This document shows positions 19,655-29,975 of a stretch of DNA of 64,000 nt, piece after piece. Numbering within the stretch: the first letter of the stretch is position 1; each line of letters opens with the position of its first letter. The position numbers were made by a program, and so were the translations under genes. This DNA comes from Planctomycetota bacterium. Lineage in GTDB: Bacteria; Planctomycetota; UBA8108; SXIK01. The notes under the pieces are model-generated. The model was not told the DNA's origin. It made no database searches and worked only from the letters and a program-made list of their open reading frames with translations. The DNA lies in contig OZ244999.1 of NCBI GenBank assembly GCA_965223265.1, positions 1,504,001 to 1,568,000 on the forward strand. Direction: 5' to 3'.

Positions 19655-20347
19655 ATGAGCACCTCACCCGATATCGACAACATCCTTACGAAAACGCTTG
19701 AGGACCACCGCCTGTCGCGGAGCGAGCGCCGTGCTTTCGGTGCGGTGCTAGACGGCATGAACCTGGAGAGGCGCGAGCTTGAGGTCATCCGGGCGAAGGC
19801 TTTCGATCAAGCAAGGGCTGCGCTTGCGGACGGACGCGACGCAGCGGTTCTTGAGTGGCTCGAAGATGTCGTTGCCGTGCTCGCCGCGAAAGGGAGTCCA
19901 GGGGCGCGCGGATCTCGGTCGGTGGCTTTTTTCAGTCCTGGCGAGGATTGCCGGAAATCGATTCGTGAGCTTGCGCGGTCAGCGCGCCGCTCGCTGTGGA
20001 TCTGCGTCTTCACGATTACGGACAACCGTATTGCCGATGCCATTTTGGATGCCTACCGGCGCCGAGTCGACGTGCGCATCCTCACGGACAACGAGAAGGC
20101 GGAAGACCTCGGCTCCGACATCGAAGGGCTCGAGCGCAGTGGCGTCCCGGTTCGAGTCGACGTCTCTGACAAGCACATGCACCACAAGTTCGCGATCGCC
20201 GACGGCAAGAGAGTCCTCACGGGCAGCTACAACTGGACGCGCGCCGCCGCGGAAGAGAACGAGGAAAACCTCGTCGTCAGTGACGACGTTCACCTTGTGC
20301 GGGCGTTCAGCGCCGAGTTCGAGAAGCTCTGGGCATTGTATTCGTGA
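19655..20347 (+). CDS. Single-HKD phospholipase D/nuclease family protein (Nuc/MitoPLD-like)
   Basis: FFSPGEDC, ICVFTITD, MHHKFAIAD, TGSYNWT, NEEN. Confidence 0.9.
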   Translation: MSTSPDIDNILTKTLEDHRLSRSERRAFGAVLDGMNLERRELEVIRAKAFDQARAALADGRDAAVLEWLEDVVAVLAAKGSPGARGSRSVAFFSPGEDCRKSIRELARSARRSLWICVFTITDNRIADAILDAYRRRVDVRILTDNEKAEDLGSDIEGLERSGVPVRVDVSDKHMHHKFAIADGKRVLTGSYNWTRAAAEENEENLVVSDDVHLVRAFSAEFEKLWALYS

Positions 20348-20430
20348 AGTGTGGCGCCAAGGTGACAGGCACACGGAGAGGTTGTGAACGTTGGATGGCA
20401 AAAGTCCGCCTCTGCGAGCTGAACGTCGGG

Positions 20431-22473
20431 TCAACAATCCAAACCATCGGGAGTCGGATCAAACCAGGCATGAAACACTCCCGGACTGGGAAACGCGCCA
20501 CCACCCTCGTAGAGGTGCGTTAGGGTGAAGAGCACATCTTCGATGTCGACGCGGCCGTCGTCGTTGGCGTCAGCAGCATCGTCACACGGAATCTGGTCCC
20601 TGCCGTGAAAGAGACGCTCGAGCGTGGCGACGATGTCGGCGAGATCGACGACGGCGTCGCCGTTTGCGTCGCCGCGTCGAAAGGCGCCGCGAATCGTCGT
20701 GGTGTTCACCAGGATCGTTTCAGGTCGACTTGAGCCGTCACGTGTGACACCGACGATCTTGTAGAGGAGGACACCTTGGGCCGTTTCGCGATACCCAGTC
20801 GTGCTTCCTGGGAGAGTTGCTACCAAACGTCCGTTACGTGCCACCTGAAGGAGGTCATAGAACCCGGTGGGACGCCAGGAAAGCTCCACAAAGGCTTTGC
20901 CGTGGCTGTCCCGGTAAGACTCAGCTTGCAGCTCGGCGAGAGCTCGTGCGGGTGGGGTCCCAAAGCGGATCTCTCCGGCGGCTACGACGTCGGGGAGCAC
21001 AGTCCGGCCATCGGTATTCGTGAACAGCGATGGGGTGAGACTGAAGTACCGTGAGATGAGGCTGATCGGCATTCGGTCCCCGTCGCTGAAAGCGCCTGGT
21101 TGGACAGAGAAATAGAAACTCCCGACGTGCTGCCTCAGTCCAGGGCGCAGTAGCTTCTCAGAGTCGCGACGTCCCAACAAATCAGGTAATACAGCAAGGA
21201 GTGGCCAACCGTAGTATCCGGTGACCTGCACGAAGTCAGCCTTCGGGTGGACAACGCTGCCCGCGAGCGAACGGCGGGCGTCTTCGATCAACGTCAACGG
21301 CGAGTTCTTGAGGTCGAGATTGAGTCCGACGCTGAATCCGAGATAGGACTGCGGCGTGGTGGCGTAGATCGGCACCTCGATCGTCGTCGCGTTGACTGGC
21401 ACGACGACGTCATCCACTTCGAACATCCACAGTCCCTGCGGAACACAGGTAGTCGGTGCGCTTGGGAAGCCGCGCAGCTCGCTGATGAGTGTGAATCCAT
21501 CGATCGTGGTTGTCATATCCTCGAGGTCGAATCGTTCCTCCGTGCCGCTGAGCCGCGTGAGGAACGCATCACCTTGGTAGACGTCGATGTGGTCGTAGGC
21601 GACTGGGTTTTCCCACGCGATCCCTCGCTCGTCGCAGCGTAGATCTCCGACTGGCGGTGGAGCGATCACCGTGACGTCGACGACACACTCGACGGGGAAC
21701 GACGCCACACCTTGCCGCAGCGCACTCACGAGATAGACGTATCGTCCGGGCTCCGTCACCGAATCGATGAACATTTCCGCGTTGCCCTCGAGGTTCGCTC
21801 GCAGCTTACCGCCTCGGAGAATCTCGACGGCGTCGTAGCTTTCGGTCGGCGTGAAGCGGAGGAACACTTCGTCAACCAGCTGTTCGCATCGGAGTTCTCC
21901 GACCGGTCGAGGGCCACGAGGAGGGTTGACCGTCACCCCTCCATGCGCCAGCCGGTCGACTGGAATGGATTGCCCCTTGTAGCTGAAAGTAGTGGGGCCT
22001 GCGGTCGCCTCCAGGGAGCGCCGTAGCTCGACCGGTGCGACTCCTGTCGCTGCCCCGGCGCGGATGCGAAACCGGAAATCACCAAGTCGATGGGTTCCGA
22101 GAGGAACTTGGCACGCTGCGCATGGGGGAACTCGAGCAAAGAAGGCCGCGGTGACCTCACCCGCCTCGAAAGTATTGGACTCGACGAAGAAGGCGTGGGT
22201 GGGGAGGATCGAAGCGTTGGGTTCGAACTCGACCAGTTGTAAGCGAGCGGCGTCATAGGCCAGATTGACTTGAGCTCTGTGGATCGGCGTCGCGGCCGTG
22301 CTCCTCAGCGGGACGGCAACGATCTCCCCGGGCTCTCCTGTCGCGACTCCGAGCTCGAGACGCGTTGTAGTCTCCTGCGCGTGCGTGGTGAGTCCGAGGC
22401 ATGCGACCGCGAGGCTGAGAGACCATGCCTCGTTTCTTACTCTTGGTGAGTGTTTCCAGGTTCGAGTGAACAC
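20431..22473 (-). CDS. Secreted modular protein: cohesin-like domain(s), Ig/FN3-like repeats and a C-terminal dockerin-like domain
   Basis: Signal peptide; GEPGEIVAVPL...QVNLAYDAARLQLV; repeats with YDxIxxxRxG; FRRGDANGDAVVDLAD...CDDAADANDDGRVDIED with twin EF-hand-like loops. Confidence 0.8.
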   Translation of the reverse strand: MFTRTWKHSPRVRNEAWSLSLAVACLGLTTHAQETTTRLELGVATGEPGEIVAVPLRSTAATPIHRAQVNLAYDAARLQLVEFEPNASILPTHAFFVESNTFEAGEVTAAFFARVPPCAACQVPLGTHRLGDFRFRIRAGAATGVAPVELRRSLEATAGPTTFSYKGQSIPVDRLAHGGVTVNPPRGPRPVGELRCEQLVDEVFLRFTPTESYDAVEILRGGKLRANLEGNAEMFIDSVTEPGRYVYLVSALRQGVASFPVECVVDVTVIAPPPVGDLRCDERGIAWENPVAYDHIDVYQGDAFLTRLSGTEERFDLEDMTTTIDGFTLISELRGFPSAPTTCVPQGLWMFEVDDVVVPVNATTIEVPIYATTPQSYLGFSVGLNLDLKNSPLTLIEDARRSLAGSVVHPKADFVQVTGYYGWPLLAVLPDLLGRRDSEKLLRPGLRQHVGSFYFSVQPGAFSDGDRMPISLISRYFSLTPSLFTNTDGRTVLPDVVAAGEIRFGTPPARALAELQAESYRDSHGKAFVELSWRPTGFYDLLQVARNGRLVATLPGSTTGYRETAQGVLLYKIVGVTRDGSSRPETILVNTTTIRGAFRRGDANGDAVVDLADIVATLERLFHGRDQIPCDDAADANDDGRVDIEDVLFTLTHLYEGGGAFPSPGVFHAWFDPTPDGLDC

Positions 22474-22807
22474 GAGTGGGTCGGCACAACTTCAACGTTC
22501 TTGAGATGCCGCGGAACGCATGGATTCAGGCGCATAGCCTCCGAAGTGACGCAGCCGCTGCGCCTGTCTTGCGCCGAATTTTGCGCGATGATGCGAAGAT
22601 TTCCGCGCAGAGAGGCAATATGCACTGTGGACGCAGCTTCGTCTTGCACGCGGTGAGCAATCGAAGGACGAGGAATGGTGTTTGCTTAGAGAACCTGGAG
22701 ACATCGCTGGAGATGTTCCCTGAAGAACTCTGTGAGAGCGACTCGTCGTCGGTTCACGTCGATCGTCGAGATAGTCGTGTGGTAGATTCAGTAGATATGG
22801 AGATTCT

Positions 22808-23305
22808 ATGCAATCGGTCCGCGATGTGATGCAAGCGAGTCCGAAGGTCGTCTCCCCGCGGCTTCGCTGGGTCGAACTCGAGAGGCTCTTTCTGCGGGAG
22901 AAGGTCAGCGGTTTCCCCGTGGTCGAGGAGGGGAAGCTTGTCGGGATCATCACGCGCTCGGATGTCGTCAGGCATCTTGTGGTTGAGCAAAGCCTCTCTG
23001 AGAGCGTTACGACCGACGACTGGGAGGCGAAACTTGGGGAGTTGGACATTCATCGCCGCATCGATGAGGCGGCGATCCGCGTCGCCTGTCGCCTCTCAGA
23101 TCTCCACGTCGAAGACGTAATGATTCGTAGAGTCCACACACTCTCGCCCGAGCAGACGCTCGACGACGCCGCGCAGGTGTTTCTAGAGCATCACGTTCAT
23201 CGCGCACCGGTCGTTGATGAGGAGGCGAAGGTTGTGGGCATCGTGAGTAGTCTGGATTTGGTCGCAGCTTTCACGTTGCCCGGCGAAGGCCGTCGGACAC
23301 GATAG
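22808..23305 (+). CDS. CBS domain pair protein
   Basis: GGAG SD; VRDVM, SGFPVVEEGKLVGIITRSD, VEDVM, RAPVVDE..VVGIVSSLDL. Confidence 0.92.
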   Translation: MQSVRDVMQASPKVVSPRLRWVELERLFLREKVSGFPVVEEGKLVGIITRSDVVRHLVVEQSLSESVTTDDWEAKLGELDIHRRIDEAAIRVACRLSDLHVEDVMIRRVHTLSPEQTLDDAAQVFLEHHVHRAPVVDEEAKVVGIVSSLDLVAAFTLPGEGRRTR

Positions 23306-23365
23306 AGTCTCCTCACGATGCTGCACTGTTCTTGAAAGGCCGTGCGAAAAGGATCCGGCCGTGCA

Positions 23366-26056
23366 CTAACGTCGGGTATCTGTGGCGTGGACCGACGATG
23401 GCTCCAGGAGAGACCGGATCGTGTCTAGGAGCTTTTGCGCATCGACCGGTTTGCTCAGGTATGCGTCCATACCTGCGCGGAAGCAAGCCTCTTGGTCTCC
23501 GACGACGGCGTTTGCTGTCAGCGCGATGATCGGCAGCCTTCGACGCTGGGACGGGGACGCTTGAGCGGGGCGCACGTCCTCTGCAGTGCGAATCTTGCGT
23601 GTCGCCTCGAGCCCGTCCATCTCTGGCATCTGGCAGTCCATAAGGACGAGGGCGTACTCTGTGTTCGCCACCGCCTCCACTGCCTCCCGTCCGTTCGTGG
23701 CAACGTCACACGAGTACCCAGCCGACTGCAGCATCGCGATCGTAACGATTTGGTTGACCTCGTTGTCCTCGACGAGAAGAAGCTTGGCATCGAGGCAGGC
23801 CGTCTCGTCTGGCGCGGGCGTGTCGGATTTCTCGCTGCACGAGGACCCCGACAGACAAACGTCACGTAGGACGCTCGAGAGGTCGTCCTCTCGGACCGGT
23901 TTGCTTAACGAAGCAGCAAAATTTAGCTCCTTTGCTGCCTGGTCTGTCAGGTCGTGTCCCGGTGTTAACACTACCAGAGGCGTGTGTTGGATTTCGGGTG
24001 ACCGCCGAATCACCTTGGCCAATCCAACGCCGTCCATATCTGGCATGTTTCGATCGATCAGAGCCACCGAGAACTCTCGATGACTGTCTACTGCGCTCCG
24101 CAGGCGAAGCAGTGCGAGCTCTGCGTTGTTGACTGCGTCAACTTCGACTCCCCAAGCCGCGAGTCGATCGCCGATCGCGGCACGCTGCGCTGCGTTGTCG
24201 TCGACAACGAGAACGCGGATCCCCCGAAAATCTTTTGGCAACGTAACGGAGTTTTCGCTGTTCGACGCGGCACATCCGAACGTAATCGTACACCAGAATC
24301 TGGAGCCGACCCCAAGCTCACTATCAACGCCGATCTCTCCCCCCATCAGTTCAACAAGTTTCCTTGAGATCGCGAGTCCCAAGCCCGTGCCGCCGTACTT
24401 ACGTGTGGTGGATGCATCGATTTGACGAAACGACTGAAAGAGACGTCCACGTCGCTCATTGGGAATCCCGATGCCAGTATCTCTCACCTCGAACCGGACC
24501 TGAGTATCGGCTGCTTCGCGATTGGTCACTTGAACATCGACACAGATTTCACCCGACGTCGTGAATTTGCTCGCATTGTTCAGCAGGTTTGACAGCACCT
24601 GGCGCAACCTCACGCGATCTCCCTTCACGATCGTTGGGACATCGGGAGCGATGGAACAGATCAGCTCGACGTTGCGCTCAGACGTCGCCTTGGCGAACGA
24701 AGTCACTACGTCTTCTACTACAGTGCGTAGATCAAACGGGGCACGTTCGAGTTCCATCTTTCCCGACTCGATCTTTGAGAAATCGAGGACGTCGTTGATG
24801 AGCTTGAGTAAGTCGTCGGCTGACGATTTGACCACGTCGCAATATTGACGCTGCTTTGGATTCAGCTCCGTTCTGAACAGCAGTTGGAGCATGCCGATGA
24901 CTCCGTTCATCGGAGTACGGATTTCATGGCTCATGCATGCGAGAAACTCGCTCTTGGCGCGATTGGCGGCGTCAGCCGCGCGGGCTGCCTCCTTTTCACT
25001 TGCCACGAGAGCCTGAAGGCGCCGCGCCATGGCATTGAACGAGGTCGACAGCTTGCCGAGCTCGTCTCGAGAGTTTTCGGCGACGGAGGCTGTAAGGTCG
25101 CCTCGTGTGATGGCTTCGGAGGCTAGCATCAGCTCGTTGACTGGCTCCGAAAGTCTGTCGGCGATCCAGCGACTGACGACGAGAGCGAAAGCGGCCGCGG
25201 AGAGGCCACCGATGACCAACCAGATCCAAGCCTGCTCGTAGAGTGCTGTGACCGTTGCCAAAGACTTGCATAAAATGACCGTGAAGTTCTGATCCTTCAA
25301 CGCGATGGGAATTGCGAACGAGTCACCGTCCGCCATGCGTATCCTAAATGGAGATTGTCGTTCACTTGAGTGGTGGCTATGACGGAGCGCCGCTGCGAGT
25401 AGTTCTGGATGTGGTTCCTCGCCTGAGTCAACCTCCCATGACCTGGCTACGATCTGGCCATCGCCAAAGATGAGGACGTTTCTGCCTGTCACAAGGCGGG
25501 CTTCATCGGAGAAGGCAGAGTCGACCGGATCACCGACGGCCAGTACGCCGACGATCTGGGCGTCGACCACGATAGGGACAAGGGCAACGAGAAGGATGTT
25601 GCCGCGGTATTTCCAGAGGCCTGTGAACTCGCTGCCCGCCAGAGCGACTTCGACGCCAGGTAACGTTTGTAGGTTGTCCCCGGTGCTTGCGGAGTTCGAA
25701 GCGTCGGCGAGAAGTCGACCTGTGTTGCCCATGACGACAGCAAACGGCGCGTTCGCGAGTTCGCGCGCCTCAGTTGCCGTGTGGAACACCGTCTCATGGT
25801 CGACGCTCGCGATGTTCATGACTGCCTTGAGGTATGGAGTCTCCGCGATCGCCCGTGCTTTTCCAACGAGGAGCTCGTAGCGAAGAGAGAGGAATTGTTC
25901 ATAGGATCGTCGACCTTCGTGAAGATTTTCGGCGACCTCCTTCTCCGCGAATCTCTCGATGACGATGCCGATTGCGCTCAACGCGAACAGCGTCAGCGAC
26001 AGCACGACGACTCCCATACCGATGAACAGCTTGGTGCGAAACGAAAACGCGCTCAC
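23366..26056 (-). CDS. Membrane hybrid sensor histidine kinase (TM-Cache-like-TM-HAMP-HisKA-HATPase-REC-REC)
   Basis: [36 protein letters not shown], and two receiver domains (VLVVDDN...[11 protein letters not shown]; LLVEDNEVN...[10 protein letters not shown]). Confidence 0.96.
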   Translation of the reverse strand: MSAFSFRTKLFIGMGVVVLSLTLFALSAIGIVIERFAEKEVAENLHEGRRSYEQFLSLRYELLVGKARAIAETPYLKAVMNIASVDHETVFHTATEARELANAPFAVVMGNTGRLLADASNSASTGDNLQTLPGVEVALAGSEFTGLWKYRGNILLVALVPIVVDAQIVGVLAVGDPVDSAFSDEARLVTGRNVLIFGDGQIVARSWEVDSGEEPHPELLAAALRHSHHSSERQSPFRIRMADGDSFAIPIALKDQNFTVILCKSLATVTALYEQAWIWLVIGGLSAAAFALVVSRWIADRLSEPVNELMLASEAITRGDLTASVAENSRDELGKLSTSFNAMARRLQALVASEKEAARAADAANRAKSEFLACMSHEIRTPMNGVIGMLQLLFRTELNPKQRQYCDVVKSSADDLLKLINDVLDFSKIESGKMELERAPFDLRTVVEDVVTSFAKATSERNVELICSIAPDVPTIVKGDRVRLRQVLSNLLNNASKFTTSGEICVDVQVTNREAADTQVRFEVRDTGIGIPNERRGRLFQSFRQIDASTTRKYGGTGLGLAISRKLVELMGGEIGVDSELGVGSRFWCTITFGCAASNSENSVTLPKDFRGIRVLVVDDNAAQRAAIGDRLAAWGVEVDAVNNAELALLRLRSAVDSHREFSVALIDRNMPDMDGVGLAKVIRRSPEIQHTPLVVLTPGHDLTDQAAKELNFAASLSKPVREDDLSSVLRDVCLSGSSCSEKSDTPAPDETACLDAKLLLVEDNEVNQIVTIAMLQSAGYSCDVATNGREAVEAVANTEYALVLMDCQMPEMDGLEATRKIRTAEDVRPAQASPSQRRRLPIIALTANAVVGDQEACFRAGMDAYLSKPVDAQKLLDTIRSLLEPSSVHATDTRR

Positions 26057-27087
26057 CGATACTTTCCCGGATACGGTTTGCCGAACTTATTTTTGTGCTT
26101 GATCGTTCTCGTCTTTTCGCGTGTTTGGAGATCGAGGCGTGTCAGAGTCGACTTCGAGACGGTGATTTCCTGTCGACTCGTTGCACCCCGTTCGTTCCAC
26201 GTGCGCATCGTGTACCGTCCATCGGGAACCTCGGTCAGGAGGAAGAATCCATCTTTGTCGGTGGTCGTGAAATAGGGGTTGTTCAAGACGATGATCGAGC
26301 AACTCATCTGGGGGTGAATATTGCAGAAGACCCGGACGACGCCGCTTTTGGAGAAGGTGACGGACCGCGTTTTTCCAGGCTCGTAGATGTTGAGATCGAA
26401 TGGACGTGCCTTCGACAGCGAGAAGACATTGTGAAACACTGTGTCGTCGTTGGGGAACTCGACAGTAGTTCCCTTGAGGATTGGTAGTACACTCGGAAGG
26501 AATCGACGTTCCTTCTGAGAGACCGACGGCCGTTGTCGAGAAGGATCGAACTTTCCCGGCACGCCGTCGAGGAAGACGACGACGTCTGAATGATCGCTGC
26601 GTCTCTGTCCGTCGTACGTCAGGATTTCCACTTTGCCGTAGATGGTGTTCTCTTCTGCCGGGAACAGCCCGATCTTCTCGTTGTTGCTACGGATTCTTAC
26701 GTGGCATGAGACGCAGCTTGTACGAATCTTCTGGATGGTGCCGCCGGGATCGGCGTTCGATCGAAGAGTCAGGTCCTGTGCTAGGTTCGCGATGACCTGG
26801 AGTTCTGCGCGCCAGCTTCCTGATCGTGGATCAATCTCGGATCGTGATTGCAGTGCTACCGTCGCGGCAGCGAAGAGTGATTCCGCATGCGTTGAGGCCT
26901 TGTCTGGTTGGCCTCTCGAAAGACTTTCCTCAATGGCTTTGAACGCGACAGAAAACTTCTTCATCAAGTGCTGATCGGCGTTCGCTGCTTCGTCTCTGGT
27001 GTGTTCCTTGATGGCAGGCTCTTCGGTCGCTACCGCAGTTGGCAGAAGGAGTAGGAGTGCCGGCACAATCGGCCACGCTTTTCGCAT
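26053..27087 (-). CDS. Periplasmic fusion of a helical c-type cytochrome (cytochrome c'-like) domain and a cupredoxin-like 'methylamine utilisation' domain
   Basis: Signal peptide from ATG 27087; helical domain ending in CVSCH (about 26701-26715); then [40 protein letters not shown]; stop overlaps the kinase start (GTGA). Confidence 0.85.
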   Translation of the reverse strand: MRKAWPIVPALLLLLPTAVATEEPAIKEHTRDEAANADQHLMKKFSVAFKAIEESLSRGQPDKASTHAESLFAAATVALQSRSEIDPRSGSWRAELQVIANLAQDLTLRSNADPGGTIQKIRTSCVSCHVRIRSNNEKIGLFPAEENTIYGKVEILTYDGQRRSDHSDVVVFLDGVPGKFDPSRQRPSVSQKERRFLPSVLPILKGTTVEFPNDDTVFHNVFSLSKARPFDLNIYEPGKTRSVTFSKSGVVRVFCNIHPQMSCSIIVLNNPYFTTTDKDGFFLLTEVPDGRYTMRTWNERGATSRQEITVSKSTLTRLDLQTREKTRTIKHKNKFGKPYPGKYR

Positions 27088-27112
27088 GATCAATTCACTC
27101 CTCCACACAGGG

Positions 27113-28462
27113 TCAGAAGCTGAGGACGACTTCTGCACCGGCCAACCAACGGTCGTCGTCGCCAGGGCTGAATGGCGAGGCTCGAACGACCTCGAAGCGG
27201 TCGCCTCCAACCTCGGCCTTGAGGAGAACGTTTGGATTCGGGCGCCAACCGATGCCCAGCGAAAGTCGTTGAAAGCGCCTTGTGTCGTAGCCGAAGGCAG
27301 CATTGCCGCCTGCGGTGATCTTGCCGTCGGCGTGATAGCCGTCACCGGAGTCGTACGTACCGATCTCGCTGTAGCGTAGCACTCCGTAGATCGTTCGAGT
27401 GAAGTTGTATAGAGCTTCGACAGAGAACCAGAGGATGCGTCTGTCGAACGTGGAGTCGCGATCGTCGACGAATGCTTGGCCAAACGAGGCGGCCAAGTAG
27501 GCGCGATCGTCCCATGACACCTTGGCGTCGAGTTCATAGAGGAGCGCGTCCACTTTGCTACTATTGCTTGAACCCACCGTTGAGACGTGGGATGCCCCTA
27601 CCGGCTGGAAGTGACTGCCACCAAACTCGAAAGCGCTCTTTTCTGCTTTGCCGTTTCTCATGAAGCTGGCGCTGAGGTAGAGGGATTCGCAAGGATTTCC
27701 CCACACCTTCACGTTCACGGCCTTATCCTTGTTGTCTTCGACACTTCGCGCGTCGGTGCCGTCCGTCACGGCTACTAACCAGCCCACTTCGCGCGCTTTT
27801 CCGTAGAGCAGGATGCCTTCGTCGAATCCGTATGGGTACGCAGCAGAGTTGGTGATGAGAGGATTGTCCGAGGAGTCTTGCCAGAGATACTCCTCGCCGA
27901 ACGGGATGTCGATTCTACCAACCTTGATTCCGAGGAGATCGTCTCCCCAAGCTTTCAAAACGTTGCGAAAGTGAGCGTTGACCTCTCCGGTCCGAACGAA
28001 CAACGAGTCGTCTTTGCCGAGACGATTTGTTTGTACCTCGAAGAAGAGGGAGATGTCGTTCCATACGTCGGCCGAAAGAAACAGTGACGCTTCTTTGAGG
28101 AGGAAGCCGCCATCGGGCCTCAGCGCGTCTTTTCCCGTCGCTAAATAGTCGAAGGCACCAAAGCCGGCGATGCCGAAGTTCTGGTACCACGGTCTCGACA
28201 GGGGGTGTGAATCACCGGACTGTTCAAGGTCGTCATAGGTGACGTTCTCCTCGGACAGATCGACCTCTTGCGGCACACCGTCAGCTTCGGCAGACTCCAA
28301 GGCTTCGACCCGTTCGCGCAGTTCTTTGAGCTCGGCCCGAACGGCCGGCGGAATCTGCTCATCGGGTGTACTGGTTGCCGGGAGCGCGGGAGGGCCTCCA
28401 GCGACCAAGGAGGGCGTCGTCGCGCTTATGATCAACGCACAGCTGAGAACGTGCCGATGCAC
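27113..28462 (-). CDS. Outer-membrane porin-like beta-barrel with an N-terminal coiled coil
   Basis: Signal peptide, ELKELRERVEALE coil, KVGRIDIPFG, DNKDKAV, amphipathic strands, terminal EVVLSF. Confidence 0.8.
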   Translation of the reverse strand: MHRHVLSCALIISATTPSLVAGGPPALPATSTPDEQIPPAVRAELKELRERVEALESAEADGVPQEVDLSEENVTYDDLEQSGDSHPLSRPWYQNFGIAGFGAFDYLATGKDALRPDGGFLLKEASLFLSADVWNDISLFFEVQTNRLGKDDSLFVRTGEVNAHFRNVLKAWGDDLLGIKVGRIDIPFGEEYLWQDSSDNPLITNSAAYPYGFDEGILLYGKAREVGWLVAVTDGTDARSVEDNKDKAVNVKVWGNPCESLYLSASFMRNGKAEKSAFEFGGSHFQPVGASHVSTVGSSNSSKVDALLYELDAKVSWDDRAYLAASFGQAFVDDRDSTFDRRILWFSVEALYNFTRTIYGVLRYSEIGTYDSGDGYHADGKITAGGNAAFGYDTRRFQRLSLGIGWRPNPNVLLKAEVGGDRFEVVRASPFSPGDDDRWLAGAEVVLSF

Positions 28463-28949
28463 CTCATGTCCTTCTATGCAAAGACTTTTGTAACATCCAA
28501 GCGCTCAAGTGTTGGCGACGGTGGAGAGAAGTCTGCGCGCCGCGCGAGAACGTCAACGGAGCTGAGCGCCCCTATGCTGAGAAATCGGCTCTACGCTCCG
28601 ACTTTTCGTCTCGCTGCGTGTTACCGGTCGCACTCGTTCCTTTATCGGGAGTGCATGGTTCTCGGTGCGGCGTGGTTGCTATGGGCTGTCGTTGCAGCGG
28701 GTCCTATCGAGGGCGCCGCGCAGAATCTCTCTTAGCGGGGAATATCTCTCATCGATCCATCGGTCGTCCTCAGTGGATGCGTGCGAGCCACGAGGAACGG
28801 CGTTTGCTGAAGAGGACTCGAGACTCGAGAACCAGAGCCTTGGTGTGTCGAGCGCTGTCGGCACCGACAGCATTTCCGAGATCGTTCCACCTGAGGAGGT
28901 ACTGACAGTGTCATCAGATCAGGCCCAAACAGGGAGCCGATGTGCGCGC

Positions 28950-29807
28950 GTGCGCGAGCAGAATCGACAGCGAGGGAGACTGTTTTGCGAACTTCTGGTC
29001 GCCATGACGTTCACGGTCGTAGGCGCTTCGCTCGGCGGTTGTTCGCATGTCTCGAATTCTGCGTCTGCCGATGCAGTTGAATCGACTGACTCGCCGTCTC
29101 CGACCACACTCCACTATGTCGGCTCCTCCACCGTCGCGAACTTTATCGCCGAGGCAGAACCGAACTACGGAACCGCGAGGTTTGTCATCGATACGCTGCC
29201 GGAAAGTCTCGGCGGTGAACGCGCGATCAGCAATGGCTCGGTCGATTTCGCCGGTGTCGCGCATGAGCCACTTGTGGAGACGCTTCAGACGGGCGTCCTC
29301 GCGAACCAGATCGGCGTTGACCACTTGACCGTAATCGTCCACCAGCAGAACCCGGTCACCGAGTTGTCGATCTCGCAGCTGGCTGCCATCTTCTCCGGGC
29401 GTGTGACGAGCTGGCGGGAGCTCGGTGGTCACGACGAACAAATCATTCCCTTCATTGTCGGCAACCACTCGGCAACCCATCATGTCTTTCGGGACATCGT
29501 GCTCGGCGCGGACGCAGGCTATCAAGGTTGCTCGGAAGTCAAACCGGACGGAGACTTGCCAAAGCGTGTCGAGGAGGAGCCCGGGGGGATCGGCGTGATC
29601 AGTGTGTCATTTGTCTGCGGCGCCGGCGCTGTGCGTGTTCTACATGTCGACGGAGAGTCGCCGACTCCTCCGAATCCGGCCTATCCGCTCTCGAGGCCGC
29701 TTTACCTACTCTGGCGTCGGGGGCACCCAGAGATCGCCGAGTTCGTCGCCTGGGCTGGCAGCACGGAGGGGGAGGCGGTACTCGAGAAGTGCTTTGGTGC
29801 ACGTTGA
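28950..29807 (+). CDS. PstS-like (PBP2) substrate-binding lipoprotein
   Basis: LGGC lipobox, GSSTV, S.GGERAI, IGVDHLTVIVH..NPVTELS..QL..IFSG.V..W.ELGG, YPLSRPLYL. Start uncertain (28950-29004). Confidence 0.85.
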   Translation: MREQNRQRGRLFCELLVAMTFTVVGASLGGCSHVSNSASADAVESTDSPSPTTLHYVGSSTVANFIAEAEPNYGTARFVIDTLPESLGGERAISNGSVDFAGVAHEPLVETLQTGVLANQIGVDHLTVIVHQQNPVTELSISQLAAIFSGRVTSWRELGGHDEQIIPFIVGNHSATHHVFRDIVLGADAGYQGCSEVKPDGDLPKRVEEEPGGIGVISVSFVCGAGAVRVLHVDGESPTPPNPAYPLSRPLYLLWRRGHPEIAEFVAWAGSTEGEAVLEKCFGAR

Positions 29808-29907
29808 AGGGCAGACGTTCTTGCAGCTCATGGGTGGCCTGCACCCTGGAGGCTGAGGCAGCGCGCGGGCCGCAATTCTTGTTCTCTTAGCGGTTTAGGC
29901 GCTCCAG

Positions 29908-29936
29908 TTGACTTAGTGTTTTTTATACACTATACT
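29908..29936 (+). promoter_or_regulatory. Sigma70-type promoter of the nrtR operon
   Basis: TTGACT (29908-29913), 17-nt spacer, TATACT (29931-29936), in an AT-rich patch 40 nt upstream of ATG 29976. Confidence 0.85.
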
Positions 29937-29956
29937 TAGTGTGATAGATACACTAA
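29913..29956. promoter_or_regulatory. Two tandem 21-bp NrtR operators
   Basis: TTAGTGT-TTTTTAT-ACACTAT (29913-29933) and TTAGTGT-GATAGAT-ACACTAA (29936-29956); both have the GT-N7-AC core typical of NrtR sites. Confidence 0.88.
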
Positions 29957-29975
29957 TACATCTGTGAGCCGTGCC

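Noticed and set aside
19655-20347. PLD nuclease as part of a defence system (DISARM DrmC or restriction-like)
   Set aside because: No helicase, methylase or other defence genes nearby.
27088-27537. N-terminal 150 aa of the 494-aa ORF 26053..27537
   Set aside because: It overlaps the porin gene in another frame; the signal peptide and GGAG SD point to a start at about 27087.
23366-28462. Horizontally acquired island, suggested by a slightly more AT-rich look
   Set aside because: Not quantified, and there is no integrase, tRNA or flanking direct repeat.
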